A stretch of 64,000 nucleotides of DNA from an uncultured Gemmatimonadales bacterium (GCA_963701965.1 OY969695.1:2528001-2592000), one strand, 5' to 3'. Positions 29,975 to 37,962 are shown, counted from the stretch's first letter. Notes: generated from the sequence alone by a model not told the origin. A program made the numbers and translations.

Positions 29975-30997
29975 ATGCGCGACCGCGTAATGCGCGCGAT
30001 GCTGCTGGAGGCGCCGCGCCAGCCGCTCCACATGGTCGAGTGGGCGGAGCCGACGCCCCTCGATGGGCAGATCCTGATCCACGTGCGGGCGTGCGGCGTC
30101 TGCCGGACGGATGTGCACATCGTCGACGGCGAGCTGCCGAACCCGGCGGTGCCTTTGATCATCGGCCACCAGATCGTAGGAACAGTCGCGGCCCGTGGCC
30201 CGGGCGCCGAGCGGTTCGAGATCGGGGCGCGGGTGGGCGTGCCGTGGCTGGGGTGGACGGACGAGACGTGCCGCTACTGCCGGAGCGGCCGCGAGAACCT
30301 GTGCCCGAATGCCCGCTTCACGGGCTACACGATCAATGGGGGCTACGCGGACGCGGTCACCGCCGATGAGCGCTATGCGGTCGCGATTCCCGACGACTTC
30401 ACGGACACGCAGGCGGCGCCGTTGCTGTGCGCGGGACTGATCGGATACCGCGCCTTGATGGCGGCGGGCGACGCGCGGCGGGTGGGCTTCTACGGGTTCG
30501 GGGCCTCGGCGCACCTCATCGCCCAGGTGGCGCGCTACCAGGGCCGCGAGGTGTACGCATTCACGCGCCCGGGCGATACGACGACGCAAGCGTTCGCCAA
30601 GAGTCTGGGCGCCGCGTGGGCGGGGGACTCGGACACGATGCCGCCTGAGCGGCTGGATGCGGCGATTCTGTTCGCGCCCGTGGGCGCGCTGGTGCCGACG
30701 GCGCTGCGCGCCGTGGACCGGGGCGGGGTGGTGGTGAGCGCGGGCATCCACATGTCGGCCATCCCGTCGTTTCCGTACGCGTTGCTGTGGGAGGAACGGT
30801 CGATCCGGTCGATCGCGAATCTCACGCGACGGGACGCCGAGGAATTCATGGCGCTGGCGCCGCGCGTGCCGGTGCGGCCAACGGTGACGTCGTACCCGCT
30901 GGCCCACGCCAACCGCGCGCTCGCCGATCTGCGCGCGGGCCGCGTGCGTGGTGCCGCGGTGCTCGTCATGTCCGGCACGCCGCGCTTGACACGGTGA
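29975..30997 (+). CDS. Zinc-dependent alcohol dehydrogenase family protein
   Basis: CGVCRTD.H, GHQIVG, C..C..G.ENLC, APLLCAG, GFGASAH. Confidence 0.92.
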   Translation: MRDRVMRAMLLEAPRQPLHMVEWAEPTPLDGQILIHVRACGVCRTDVHIVDGELPNPAVPLIIGHQIVGTVAARGPGAERFEIGARVGVPWLGWTDETCRYCRSGRENLCPNARFTGYTINGGYADAVTADERYAVAIPDDFTDTQAAPLLCAGLIGYRALMAAGDARRVGFYGFGASAHLIAQVARYQGREVYAFTRPGDTTTQAFAKSLGAAWAGDSDTMPPERLDAAILFAPVGALVPTALRAVDRGGVVVSAGIHMSAIPSFPYALLWEERSIRSIANLTRRDAEEFMALAPRVPVRPTVTSYPLAHANRALADLRAGRVRGAAVLVMSGTPRLTR

Positions 30998-31167
30998 GCG
31001 ACCGTACCTACCGGCAGCGCACCGGCATCCCCGCGTCCCTCGTGGTGGTGGGCTTGGCCGCGAACGATTTCACGATCGCGGATGCGGACGATCCCGCGAT
31101 GCTCGACGTCGTGGGTCTCGATACCACCACGCCGCAGATGATCGCGTCGTTCATGACCGACGGCTGA
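30994..31167 (+). pseudogene. C-terminal remnant (57 aa) of a Ro60/TROVE-vWA protein
   Basis: YRQRTGIPASLVVVGLAANDFTIADADDPAMLDVVGLDTTTPQMIASF matches the Ro60 C-terminal pattern YR..GI.A.L.V.G...N.FTIAD.DD..MLD..G.D...P..I..F (recognised by eye). Confidence 0.75.
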
Positions 31168-31248
31168 CAACGAAAGAGCCCCGGGAGAAATTCCCCGGGG
31201 CTCTTGTCGTTCGTATGGCGGTGGAACCGCCACGGCCGTCTCGCAAGC
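31168..31248 (-). ncRNA. Putative small RNA 1, antisense to the anticodon arm of the adjacent tRNA
   Basis: TTGACG-N16-TAAAAT promoter (31283-31256); 5' GCTTGCGAGACGGCCGTG is 17/18 complementary to tRNA C23-C40; internal hairpin; terminator hairpin 31174-31205. Confidence 0.7.
31174..31205. terminator. Probable bidirectional terminator
   Basis: AAGAGCCCCGGG...CCCGGGGCTCTT stem with short T-rich tails on both strands. Confidence 0.75.
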
Positions 31249-31321
31249 ACTTTCAATTTTATATGATTCCACGCCAGCGTCAACGCTGCGGATTACCGAA
31301 TTCTACGATTGCCAACTAGCG

Positions 31322-31405
31322 TACCCGGGACGGGATTCGAACCCGCACGCCCTTGCGGGCAGCCGCTTGCGAGACGGCTGTGTCTACCAGTTCCACCACC
31401 CGGGC
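31322..31405 (-). tRNA. Atypical tRNA: Leu-type (class II) body with Ala anticodon CGC
   Basis: GCCCGGG TG GTGG AACTGGTAG ACAC A GCCGT CTCGCAA GCGGC T GCCC GCAA GGGC GT GCGGG TTCGAAT CCCGT CCCGGGT A; full cloverleaf, long variable arm, A15/U48, A73, C3-G70; CCA not encoded. Confidence 0.92.
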
Positions 31406-31481
31406 ACCGTTCACGCTCGGCGAAAACTGGATGGTGCGACACAGATTCATCGCAAGTGCTGCGCGACTAGCTGGCGGCGAA

Positions 31482-31513
31482 CAATGTATCGACCCGATGC
31501 GATTCGCGCATCG
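31482..31513 (-). promoter_or_regulatory. Putative promoter of the tRNA precursor with palindrome over -35
   Basis: CGATGCG-N5-CGCATCG palindrome (31495-31513); ATGCGC-N17-TACATT. Confidence 0.65.
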
Positions 31514-31539
31514 TTGTATTTCGCACATCATCATGACCA

Positions 31540-31594
31540 ACAACGAAAGAGCCCCGAGGGACATCCCCCGGGGCTCCACAGCAGTCTCGCACGC
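31540..31594 (-). ncRNA. Putative small RNA 2, antisense to the anticodon arm of the adjacent tRNA
   Basis: 5' GCGTGCGAGACTGCTGTG is 16/18 complementary to tRNA C23-C40; followed directly by terminator 31549-31576, which shares a 17-nt tail with sRNA 1. Confidence 0.65.
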
Positions 31595-31599
31595 ACCCG

Positions 31600-31631
31600 C
31601 AATGTATCGGCACGATGCGATTCGCGCATCG
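31600..31631 (-). promoter_or_regulatory. Duplicate promoter block for sRNA 2
   Basis: 30/32 identical to 31482-31513. Confidence 0.65.
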
Positions 31632-31645
31632 GTGAATGTCACACG

Positions 31646-32269
31646 TCAGCGCGCGGCGACCTCGGCCCCGCGGCGTTCGACATCGTCCGTGGCGAGGCGC
31701 AGCTCGGCGAGGATCGGTGCGGTGAATCCGACCTCGGCGAGGCGATCGCTGAGCTCCCGGTAGTAGCGAATCGTGCCTTCGCGCCCGCGCAACGTCCGCG
31801 TCCAGATGGTCTCGGGATAGTCGGTGCGCCGGAGATCGGCGAGGATGGTGCCGATGCTGTGCAGCGCGTCGGCCGCGCCGACCCAGCGCGAGGCGTCAGT
31901 CGCGATGGCCAGTCGCGTGACGACATCGCGCTTGCGCTCATCGGGCGAGAGCTCGACACCGTTGTCATCCGTCCGCCGCTCCGTCACGGCCAGCGCGATC
32001 TCGAGAACGCTCTGGCCGAACTTGGCGCCGATCCAATCATCGAGCTCTTCGCGCGTGAATCCGTCGCGCACGGACCCTTCCACGACGCCATGCAGGATGC
32101 CGGCGAGCACCGTGTCCTCCGGCTGGCCATATCGCGTGAGAATGACCGCGACATTCGCCGGCCGGGTCAGATACGGCAGAGCCGTACCCTTCCGCACCTG
32201 GGTATCGTGATGTTTCGCCGCAAAGGCGAACGCGTGATTGATGCGGTCGGAGTAGCCGGAAATAGTCAA
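31646..32269 (-). CDS. HD-domain protein (RelA/SpoT-hydrolase / Mesh1-like) with degenerate metal site
   Basis: AFAFAAKHH..Q.RKGT..PYL.RP..VA, AGILHGVVEG (HD to HG, ED to EG), VTE; TTG start assumed. Confidence 0.75.
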   Translation of the reverse strand: MTISGYSDRINHAFAFAAKHHDTQVRKGTALPYLTRPANVAVILTRYGQPEDTVLAGILHGVVEGSVRDGFTREELDDWIGAKFGQSVLEIALAVTERRTDDNGVELSPDERKRDVVTRLAIATDASRWVGAADALHSIGTILADLRRTDYPETIWTRTLRGREGTIRYYRELSDRLAEVGFTAPILAELRLATDDVERRGAEVAAR

Positions 32270-32354
32270 CGCAGACGCCGAAACGAGAGGGCCAGGGTCG
32301 TCGAAGATCGCCAGACGCGAGCCCCCGAGCAAGGGCTTCGGCCCAGTTGGTCCG

Positions 32355-32804
32355 TTACACGTATTGATTCACGACCGCGATGAACCGGGCGTGGAGCGCG
32401 AGCAGCGCCGTGCCCTGCACTATTATTCCAAGTCCGGCGCCGATGCCCCCGGCCCGGCGTCCTTGCGTCAGCACGACGGTCGCCAGCACGAGCGTCAACC
32501 CCGCGGCGGCGAAGCCAATGTCCAGACCGCTCTCCAGCCACAGGAGACGGCTGAGGCGTGCGGCGGCGCCCAGATCGCGGAGTGCGAGCCCATGTAGACG
32601 GCGCGCCGCCACGGCCAGTTCGACGGCGCCCCAAGCAAGCGTTTGGAACGCGAACCCCTGCAAGAGCGGCGAATGCCCCTGACGCCGGCGCAATACCGCC
32701 AGCGACGCGAGGACCGCCGTCCCGGCGACGATGGAGATCAGCGCCCACAGCGCGAGTCGCACCAGGTGCGCGCGCTCAGCGAGGAGTAAGGTGTCCGCCC
32801 ACAT
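32355..32804 (-). CDS. Hypothetical membrane protein (about 4 TM)
   Basis: Four hydrophobic segments; W...GLD.G motif. Confidence 0.7.
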   Translation of the reverse strand: MWADTLLLAERAHLVRLALWALISIVAGTAVLASLAVLRRRQGHSPLLQGFAFQTLAWGAVELAVAARRLHGLALRDLGAAARLSRLLWLESGLDIGFAAAGLTLVLATVVLTQGRRAGGIGAGLGIIVQGTALLALHARFIAVVNQYV

Positions 32805-34461
32805 GCCGCCTAAAGTAGCCGATCCGACGTTTCAGGAATGGGCCGAGACGGCCGACGCGATCCGCGCCACGACCAAGCGCCTCGAAAAATCCGCCCTGTT
32901 GGAGCACTACTGCGCCGCGCTGCACGGCACCCCGCTGGCGATCGCCGCGCGATTCTTCTCCGGCATCGTGTTCGCCAGGCACGACATGCGCACGACGAAC
33001 GTCGGCGGCACCATCATCTGGCGCGCCCTCGCCGCGCTCACCGGACACCCTCCGGATGAACTGGGCGCCCGCTATCTCGCCCACGGCGATCTCGGCGACC
33101 TGGCCGGCGAGCTGCTGGCCGACCGCGCGCCGAGTGGCATCACGCTCGTCGCGCTCGCCGAGTGGTTCGCGCGGCTCGCCGCGGCCCCCGGCACCAACGC
33201 CCGCCGCGCAATGATCGCCGAACAACTCGGCGCCCTGGGCGGACTGGAGGCCCGGTTCGTCATCAAGCTCCTCGGCGGCGAGCTGCGCATCGGGCTCAAG
33301 GAAGCGCAGGTGGAGGAGGCGCTGGCCCGCGCGTTCGCGCAGACCCTGGGCACCGTGCGCCGCGCCAACCTGCTCCGCGGAGACATCGGCGAAGTGGCGC
33401 AACTCGCCCGCGACGGTCTCTTGGAGACGGCGGTCCTGACGCTGTTTCATCCCATTGGATTCATGCTCGCCCAACCGCTGGCCACCGCCGATGAAATCTT
33501 GGCCACGCTGCCCGCGCCGTTCGCGATCGAGCACAAATACGATGGGATCCGCGCCCAAGCTCACGTGGGCGCCGATCGCGTCGTGCTCTTCTCCCGCACC
33601 TTGGATGACGTGTCACGGGGATATCCCGAAGTCATCGCGGCGCTGTCGCGCGTGCCGTCCGGTCTCGTGCTCGACGGCGAATTGATCGCCTATGATTCGG
33701 ACAATGCGGACGACCCAACACGCGCGCTCCCGTTCCTCGCATTACAGAAAAGGTTGGGCCGCAAATCGCCCGGCGCGACGCTGCTGCAAGAAGTCCCCGT
33801 CGCTCTCGTCGTCTTCGACATCCTGGCCGCGGACGGCGCGCTCGTCATCGACGAGCCATACACCGCGCGGCGCCAACGCCTGGAGGCCATGACCTGGCCG
33901 CCGCCCACGCTCCGCCTGGCACCCGTGATCGTCGCGCAAACCGTCGAAGAGGTCGACGCGGCATTCCGTGACGCGCGAGCGACCGGCAACGAAGGGTTGG
34001 TCGCCAAGGATCGGGCATCGACCTATACCCCCGGCCGCCGCGGCAAAACGTGGATCAAGCTCAAACGCGCCGAGCATACGCTCAATGTGGTGGTGACCGC
34101 CGTCGAGCGCGGACACGGGCGGCGTCGCGACGTGCTCTCCGATTATACATTTGCCGTGCGCGCTTCCGACACGGACCCGACGTTGCTCGACGTCGGCAAG
34201 GCGTACAACGGTCTCACCGACGCGGAGATCGCGGCGATGACGAAACGATTCGAAGACCTCACCATCACGCGGCGCGGCGGGTACCATGTCGTCCAACCCG
34301 AGGTCGTACTGGAAGTCACGTTCGACATCGTGCAGCCGTCGGACCGGCACGCCGCCGGCTACGCCCTGAGGTTTCCGCGCATCGTGCGCATTCGGGACGA
34401 TAAGCCCGTCGCCGAGATCGACACCCTCGATCGCGTGCGCGCGCTAGCGGCGGCGCTCTGA
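32803..34461 (+). CDS. ATP-dependent DNA ligase (LigB-like)
   Basis: EHKYDGIR, LDGEL, VFDIL, EGLVAK, YTPGRRG..WIKLK, LRFPR..RIR.DK. Confidence 0.95.
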   Translation: MPPKVADPTFQEWAETADAIRATTKRLEKSALLEHYCAALHGTPLAIAARFFSGIVFARHDMRTTNVGGTIIWRALAALTGHPPDELGARYLAHGDLGDLAGELLADRAPSGITLVALAEWFARLAAAPGTNARRAMIAEQLGALGGLEARFVIKLLGGELRIGLKEAQVEEALARAFAQTLGTVRRANLLRGDIGEVAQLARDGLLETAVLTLFHPIGFMLAQPLATADEILATLPAPFAIEHKYDGIRAQAHVGADRVVLFSRTLDDVSRGYPEVIAALSRVPSGLVLDGELIAYDSDNADDPTRALPFLALQKRLGRKSPGATLLQEVPVALVVFDILAADGALVIDEPYTARRQRLEAMTWPPPTLRLAPVIVAQTVEEVDAAFRDARATGNEGLVAKDRASTYTPGRRGKTWIKLKRAEHTLNVVVTAVERGHGRRRDVLSDYTFAVRASDTDPTLLDVGKAYNGLTDAEIAAMTKRFEDLTITRRGGYHVVQPEVVLEVTFDIVQPSDRHAAGYALRFPRIVRIRDDKPVAEIDTLDRVRALAAAL

Positions 34462-34952
34462 TGGACGGCGCATCGCGGTTCGCGGTGCGGCTGGCCACGG
34501 CCGCCGACGCCGACGTCATCGCCCGGCACCGGGCCGGGATGTTCCGGGACATGGGCTCCCTCCGCGCCGATGCGTTCGACGCGCTCGTCGCCGCGTCGCG
34601 CACGTATCTCGCGCAGGCGATCTCACGCGGCACCTATCGCGGTTGGCTCGCCGCGCCGGTCGATCGCCCGGACAACATCCTGTCCGGAGCCGGGGTCCAT
34701 ATTCGGGACATCCTGCCCCGACCCGACCGGGCCGGCGGCCTCATGGCCGGCCCCGAGGCGCTCGTGGTCAATGTCTATACCGACCACGGCTGGCGCCGCT
34801 TGGGTCTGGCCGAGATGCTCATGCGCCACATCATCGAGTGGTCGGAGACCAACGGGATCCAGCGCATGGTGCTGCACGCCTCGGACGCCGGCCGGAGCCT
34901 CTATATGCGGCTCGGGTTCAGCCCGACGAACGAGATGCGATACAATCCCTGA
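34461..34952 (+). CDS. GNAT family acetyltransferase
   Basis: NVYT...WRRLGLA, LHASDAGR.LY..LGF. Confidence 0.9.
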   Translation: MDGASRFAVRLATAADADVIARHRAGMFRDMGSLRADAFDALVAASRTYLAQAISRGTYRGWLAAPVDRPDNILSGAGVHIRDILPRPDRAGGLMAGPEALVVNVYTDHGWRRLGLAEMLMRHIIEWSETNGIQRMVLHASDAGRSLYMRLGFSPTNEMRYNP

Positions 34953-35041
34953 ACAAACCTGAACAAACCCGTTGGGCGTCGGTGGTGTCATACCGGTAAC
35001 CACAACAGTTGGAGCACGCTGTGTTACCGATTGACAATCAC

Positions 35042-35647
35042 ATGCTGCGCGCCGCGCTCGTTGGCGCGCTGTTCGGACCGGCCGACACCATCGATCAGCT
35101 GATCGACCAGAAAATTCCGGTGCAACCGGGGGAGCGGCTCGTCATCGGGCTGGGCACCGGAGGCGCGGTCGAGATTATCGGATGGCACGAGCCGGCCGTG
35201 TCGGTCGTGGCCGCCTTGCGGGACGGCGCCTGTCCCGACGGCCGGATGACCGTATCGCGGGAGAACGGTACCGTGTCGGTGACGTCGACGTTGCCGGACG
35301 GCGCGGGCCATCGCGTGTGCGCCGTGCCCGATGTCATCGCGATCAAGGTCCCCGATCACTTCGACGTCTCGATCGAGTCGAATGGCGGCGGCGTGACCAT
35401 CGCGGGCGTGTCGGGACGGATCGAAGGCACGACAAACGGCGGGAACGTGTCGCTGGCCCGCCTGGACGGACGCGTACATCTCACCACCATGGGGGGCGAC
35501 GTCGCCGTGACGGCATCGCATCTCGAGGGATCCGTGCATACGCTGAGCGGCCACGTCACGTTCACGGACGTCTCGGGCGGCGTGCACGGCGTGTCGGACT
35601 CCGACGGAGGGGACGTTACGGGCGGGGCGACAGGCGGCCACGGCTGA
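35042..35647 (+). CDS. DUF4097-like beta-repeat protein
   Basis: Repeated T.GG.V.....G units; start uncertain. Confidence 0.65.
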   Translation: MLRAALVGALFGPADTIDQLIDQKIPVQPGERLVIGLGTGGAVEIIGWHEPAVSVVAALRDGACPDGRMTVSRENGTVSVTSTLPDGAGHRVCAVPDVIAIKVPDHFDVSIESNGGGVTIAGVSGRIEGTTNGGNVSLARLDGRVHLTTMGGDVAVTASHLEGSVHTLSGHVTFTDVSGGVHGVSDSDGGDVTGGATGGHG

Positions 35648-37220
35648 CCGGCCGGTTCACGCGGTGGGGCGCCACGGGAGCAGCGTCGGCGTCCCAGAGG
35701 ACCACGCCAGCGAGGCGCATGCCGGACGCGCGCAAACTCTCGGCCGACGCCGCGAGGCGGGCCAGCGTGGTGTACGCGATGCGCGCGCAGAGCACGGCGG
35801 CCGACCCCGGCAACACGCTCTGGGGACCCACTTGCGACACGCCCTCCGGCGCCACGACGATCATGATGTCGTAGCGACGGGCCAGCCGCGTGAGATCATC
35901 GCGCAACACCGGGCCGGCGGCCGCCGGCGGATGACTGTCCGGCACGCGCTCGCTGCCCGCGGGAATCACATCCAGTCCCCGTTCGCGCCCGATCGTCACC
36001 GTCGTGATCGCATCGGCCCAAGCGACCATTCCGCCGAGGACATCGGCGACGCCCGGCGCCAACCGCGCCCCCACGATGCTGGTCGCCGACGCGGCGTCGT
36101 GCTCGGCGTCGACGAGGAGCGTGCTCCGCGAGTCATAGACCGCCGCGACCGCGATGTTCGCCGCGACCGTGGCCACGATCTCCGCTTCCTCACCGGCGAC
36201 GGTAACTATAGGCAGCTCGGCCTCGACGCGCGTGTTGACGAGATCGAGATACAGAAGTCGATATTGCGCCGACGTCGCGTCGATGAGCGGAGACAGCGCG
36301 CGATCCGTACTGCGGCGCGAGCGCTCGGGATTGGGCTTGGGCAGCGCCAGCACGGCCAGCGTGCGCGTCCCGGTCAACCGCTCGGCCTCGCCACCGTCGG
36401 CGACCCGCGGCTGCCGCGCCTCCTGCGCGAAGGTCACGGCGAAGCCAATGGCGGCGCCCAGCACGAGCGCGGCGGCCAGCAGCGCGATCGGCGGCGCACT
36501 GACGTTGGCCAGCTCACGCGCCCGCTCGACGCGCTGATCGAGCGCGGCGATGCGAACGCGCCCCGCCGCCACGCCCGCCCGCGCCACGGAATCCGCGGCC
36601 AGCAACGAGTCGAGCTTGACGTGGGCGCGCAGGGTTTCCGCCGCGACCACCGGCGCCGACGGGAGCGAGCCGCCGAGCACCGCCAGCTGCGCGCGCAACG
36701 CGCTGCGCTTGTCATCGCCAATGGCCACCAGCGAGCGCCCGATGGCGTTGAGCCGCGCGGTCAGCGCCACGAAGATCGGGTCCACGCCGCCCGCGCTGCC
36801 GAACGCCTCGCGCGCGCGTTGAATGTCGCCGAGCGAGTCGAGGAGGATGGGGACGCGCGGGTCGGCGCGCAGCGGATGGGTGGCCGCCAACGCGCGGTAC
36901 GACGCGGGGAGCGGCGACAGCTCGACGCGACCCAGCGCCCGCGTCAGCTCGCCGAGCGCGGCCGCCAGCGAGTCACGGCGCGCGGACAGCGCCGGCGCCA
37001 GCGTATCGGCCGCCGCGAGACGCAGGGCCCGCGCCCGCGAGCGAGCCAGGGCCGAGTCCGCGGCCGCCACGGCCGCGGCGCTCGAATCCGCGCGCCGCAA
37101 TAATCCGGTCGTGTCCGGATACTCCCCCGGCCGGGGAAGGAGGAGGCGCGCACTGCGCGTGGTTTGCCGCGGGATGAACGCCAGCGCGACGAGCGCGGTC
37201 ACGAAGACCGCGAGACTCAC
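35616..37220 (-). CDS. Membrane protein with coiled region and degenerate CpsD/CapB (BY-kinase-like) domain
   Basis: TM-helical-TM, then VAANIA...TLLVDAE...PGVADVL...LDVIPAG...L...YDIMIV, RLAGVVL; Walker A absent. Confidence 0.65.
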   Translation of the reverse strand: MSLAVFVTALVALAFIPRQTTRSARLLLPRPGEYPDTTGLLRRADSSAAAVAAADSALARSRARALRLAAADTLAPALSARRDSLAAALGELTRALGRVELSPLPASYRALAATHPLRADPRVPILLDSLGDIQRAREAFGSAGGVDPIFVALTARLNAIGRSLVAIGDDKRSALRAQLAVLGGSLPSAPVVAAETLRAHVKLDSLLAADSVARAGVAAGRVRIAALDQRVERARELANVSAPPIALLAAALVLGAAIGFAVTFAQEARQPRVADGGEAERLTGTRTLAVLALPKPNPERSRRSTDRALSPLIDATSAQYRLLYLDLVNTRVEAELPIVTVAGEEAEIVATVAANIAVAAVYDSRSTLLVDAEHDAASATSIVGARLAPGVADVLGGMVAWADAITTVTIGRERGLDVIPAGSERVPDSHPPAAAGPVLRDDLTRLARRYDIMIVVAPEGVSQVGPQSVLPGSAAVLCARIAYTTLARLAASAESLRASGMRLAGVVLWDADAAPVAPHRVNRPVSRGRLSPRP

Positions 37221-37331
37221 CCCCCGATGCGCAGCGGGCGGCGGAGCGCGTTACGCGCTCGCGCCGCCAGCCATCGGGGCAGCGGAATGTTCGAGGAAAC
37301 GGGGAGCGAAGCGCCCAGTTGCCCCTTCCGG

Positions 37332-37856
37332 CTACTGGACGGTGATCGTCCCCCGCATGCCCAGCGCCAAATGCGGCGTGCAGTAGTACGAGTACTTGCC
37401 CGGCTTCACACCCGCGAACGACACCGTGTACGTGTCATTCGGATTGATGAGGAGCGGTCCGATGAGCGGAGACGTGGTGTGCGGCATGTTCGCCCCCAGC
37501 TGCGACGCCGTCCCGGCGGGAATGCTGTCCGACCAGAACGACACGTTGTGCGGGCCGCCGGTGACGTTGGTCCACTTCACGCCATCGCCAACCTTGATCG
37601 TGATGTTCATCGGGTCTTCCCGATACCCCTGCGCGTCGCCCACCATCTTGACCTCGACGGTCTTGCCGGTGATCGCGGCGACCGCACCAGCCGCGCCTGC
37701 CGGAGCCGCGCCGCCTGGCGCGGGAGCCGGGGCCGCCGCCGCGGCCGCGGTGTCGGTCTTGGCGGCGGCGTTGTCGCCCGCGCCTTTGTCACCGCCACCA
37801 CACGCGCCGAGCGCCGCCGCCGCGGTTGCCGCGAGGATCAGCCCGTAAATCCGCAT
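37332..37856 (-). CDS. Plastocyanin/azurin-family blue copper lipoprotein
   Basis: Lipobox ALGAC; PHNV and YYCTPHLALGM (His/Cys/His/Met ligands). Confidence 0.93.
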   Translation of the reverse strand: MRIYGLILAATAAAALGACGGGDKGAGDNAAAKTDTAAAAAAPAPAPGGAAPAGAAGAVAAITGKTVEVKMVGDAQGYREDPMNITIKVGDGVKWTNVTGGPHNVSFWSDSIPAGTASQLGANMPHTTSPLIGPLLINPNDTYTVSFAGVKPGKYSYYCTPHLALGMRGTITVQ

Positions 37857-37900
37857 GTCACAACCTCCAATATCGTTCACGTTTAATGATCGCCTTAGCC

Positions 37901-37934
37901 TTGTGAAGTTATTCACAAAGTGGCCCAATTTCAA
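37901..37934 (-). promoter_or_regulatory. Promoter of the cupredoxin gene overlapped by a Rex-type operator
   Basis: TTGTGAA-GTTA-TTCACAA (37901-37918); TTGAAA-N17-TAACTT on the minus strand. Confidence 0.7.
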
Positions 37935-37962
37935 TCTGGATCGCCTCTGACGCCGTATCACA

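Noticed and set aside
31322..31405. Canonical YrlA Y RNA, or ordinary tRNA-Ala
   Set aside because: Arm order is the normal D-anticodon-variable-T with an open acceptor stem, unlike the permuted YrlA; it lacks G3:U70 and has a class II variable arm
31231..31594. tRNA-matching tracts as attL/attR of an integrated element
   Set aside because: They are inverted relative to the tRNA and cover the anticodon arm, not a direct repeat of the 3' end; no integrase nearby
30535..31763. Three ORFs sharing the peptide ACETAV (30535..31272, 31316..31642, 31353..31763)
   Set aside because: The shared peptide comes from the tRNA-antisense nucleotide tract; the ORFs cross a tRNA and terminators
32270..32354. 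Possible riboswitch upstream of the HD gene
   Set aside because: Only short GC hairpins; no recognisable aptamer consensus
34948..34970. CCTGAACAAA direct repeat as a LexA box
   Set aside because: GAAC-N6-GAAC spacing does not fit the LexA motifs I know; a simple local duplication is equally likely
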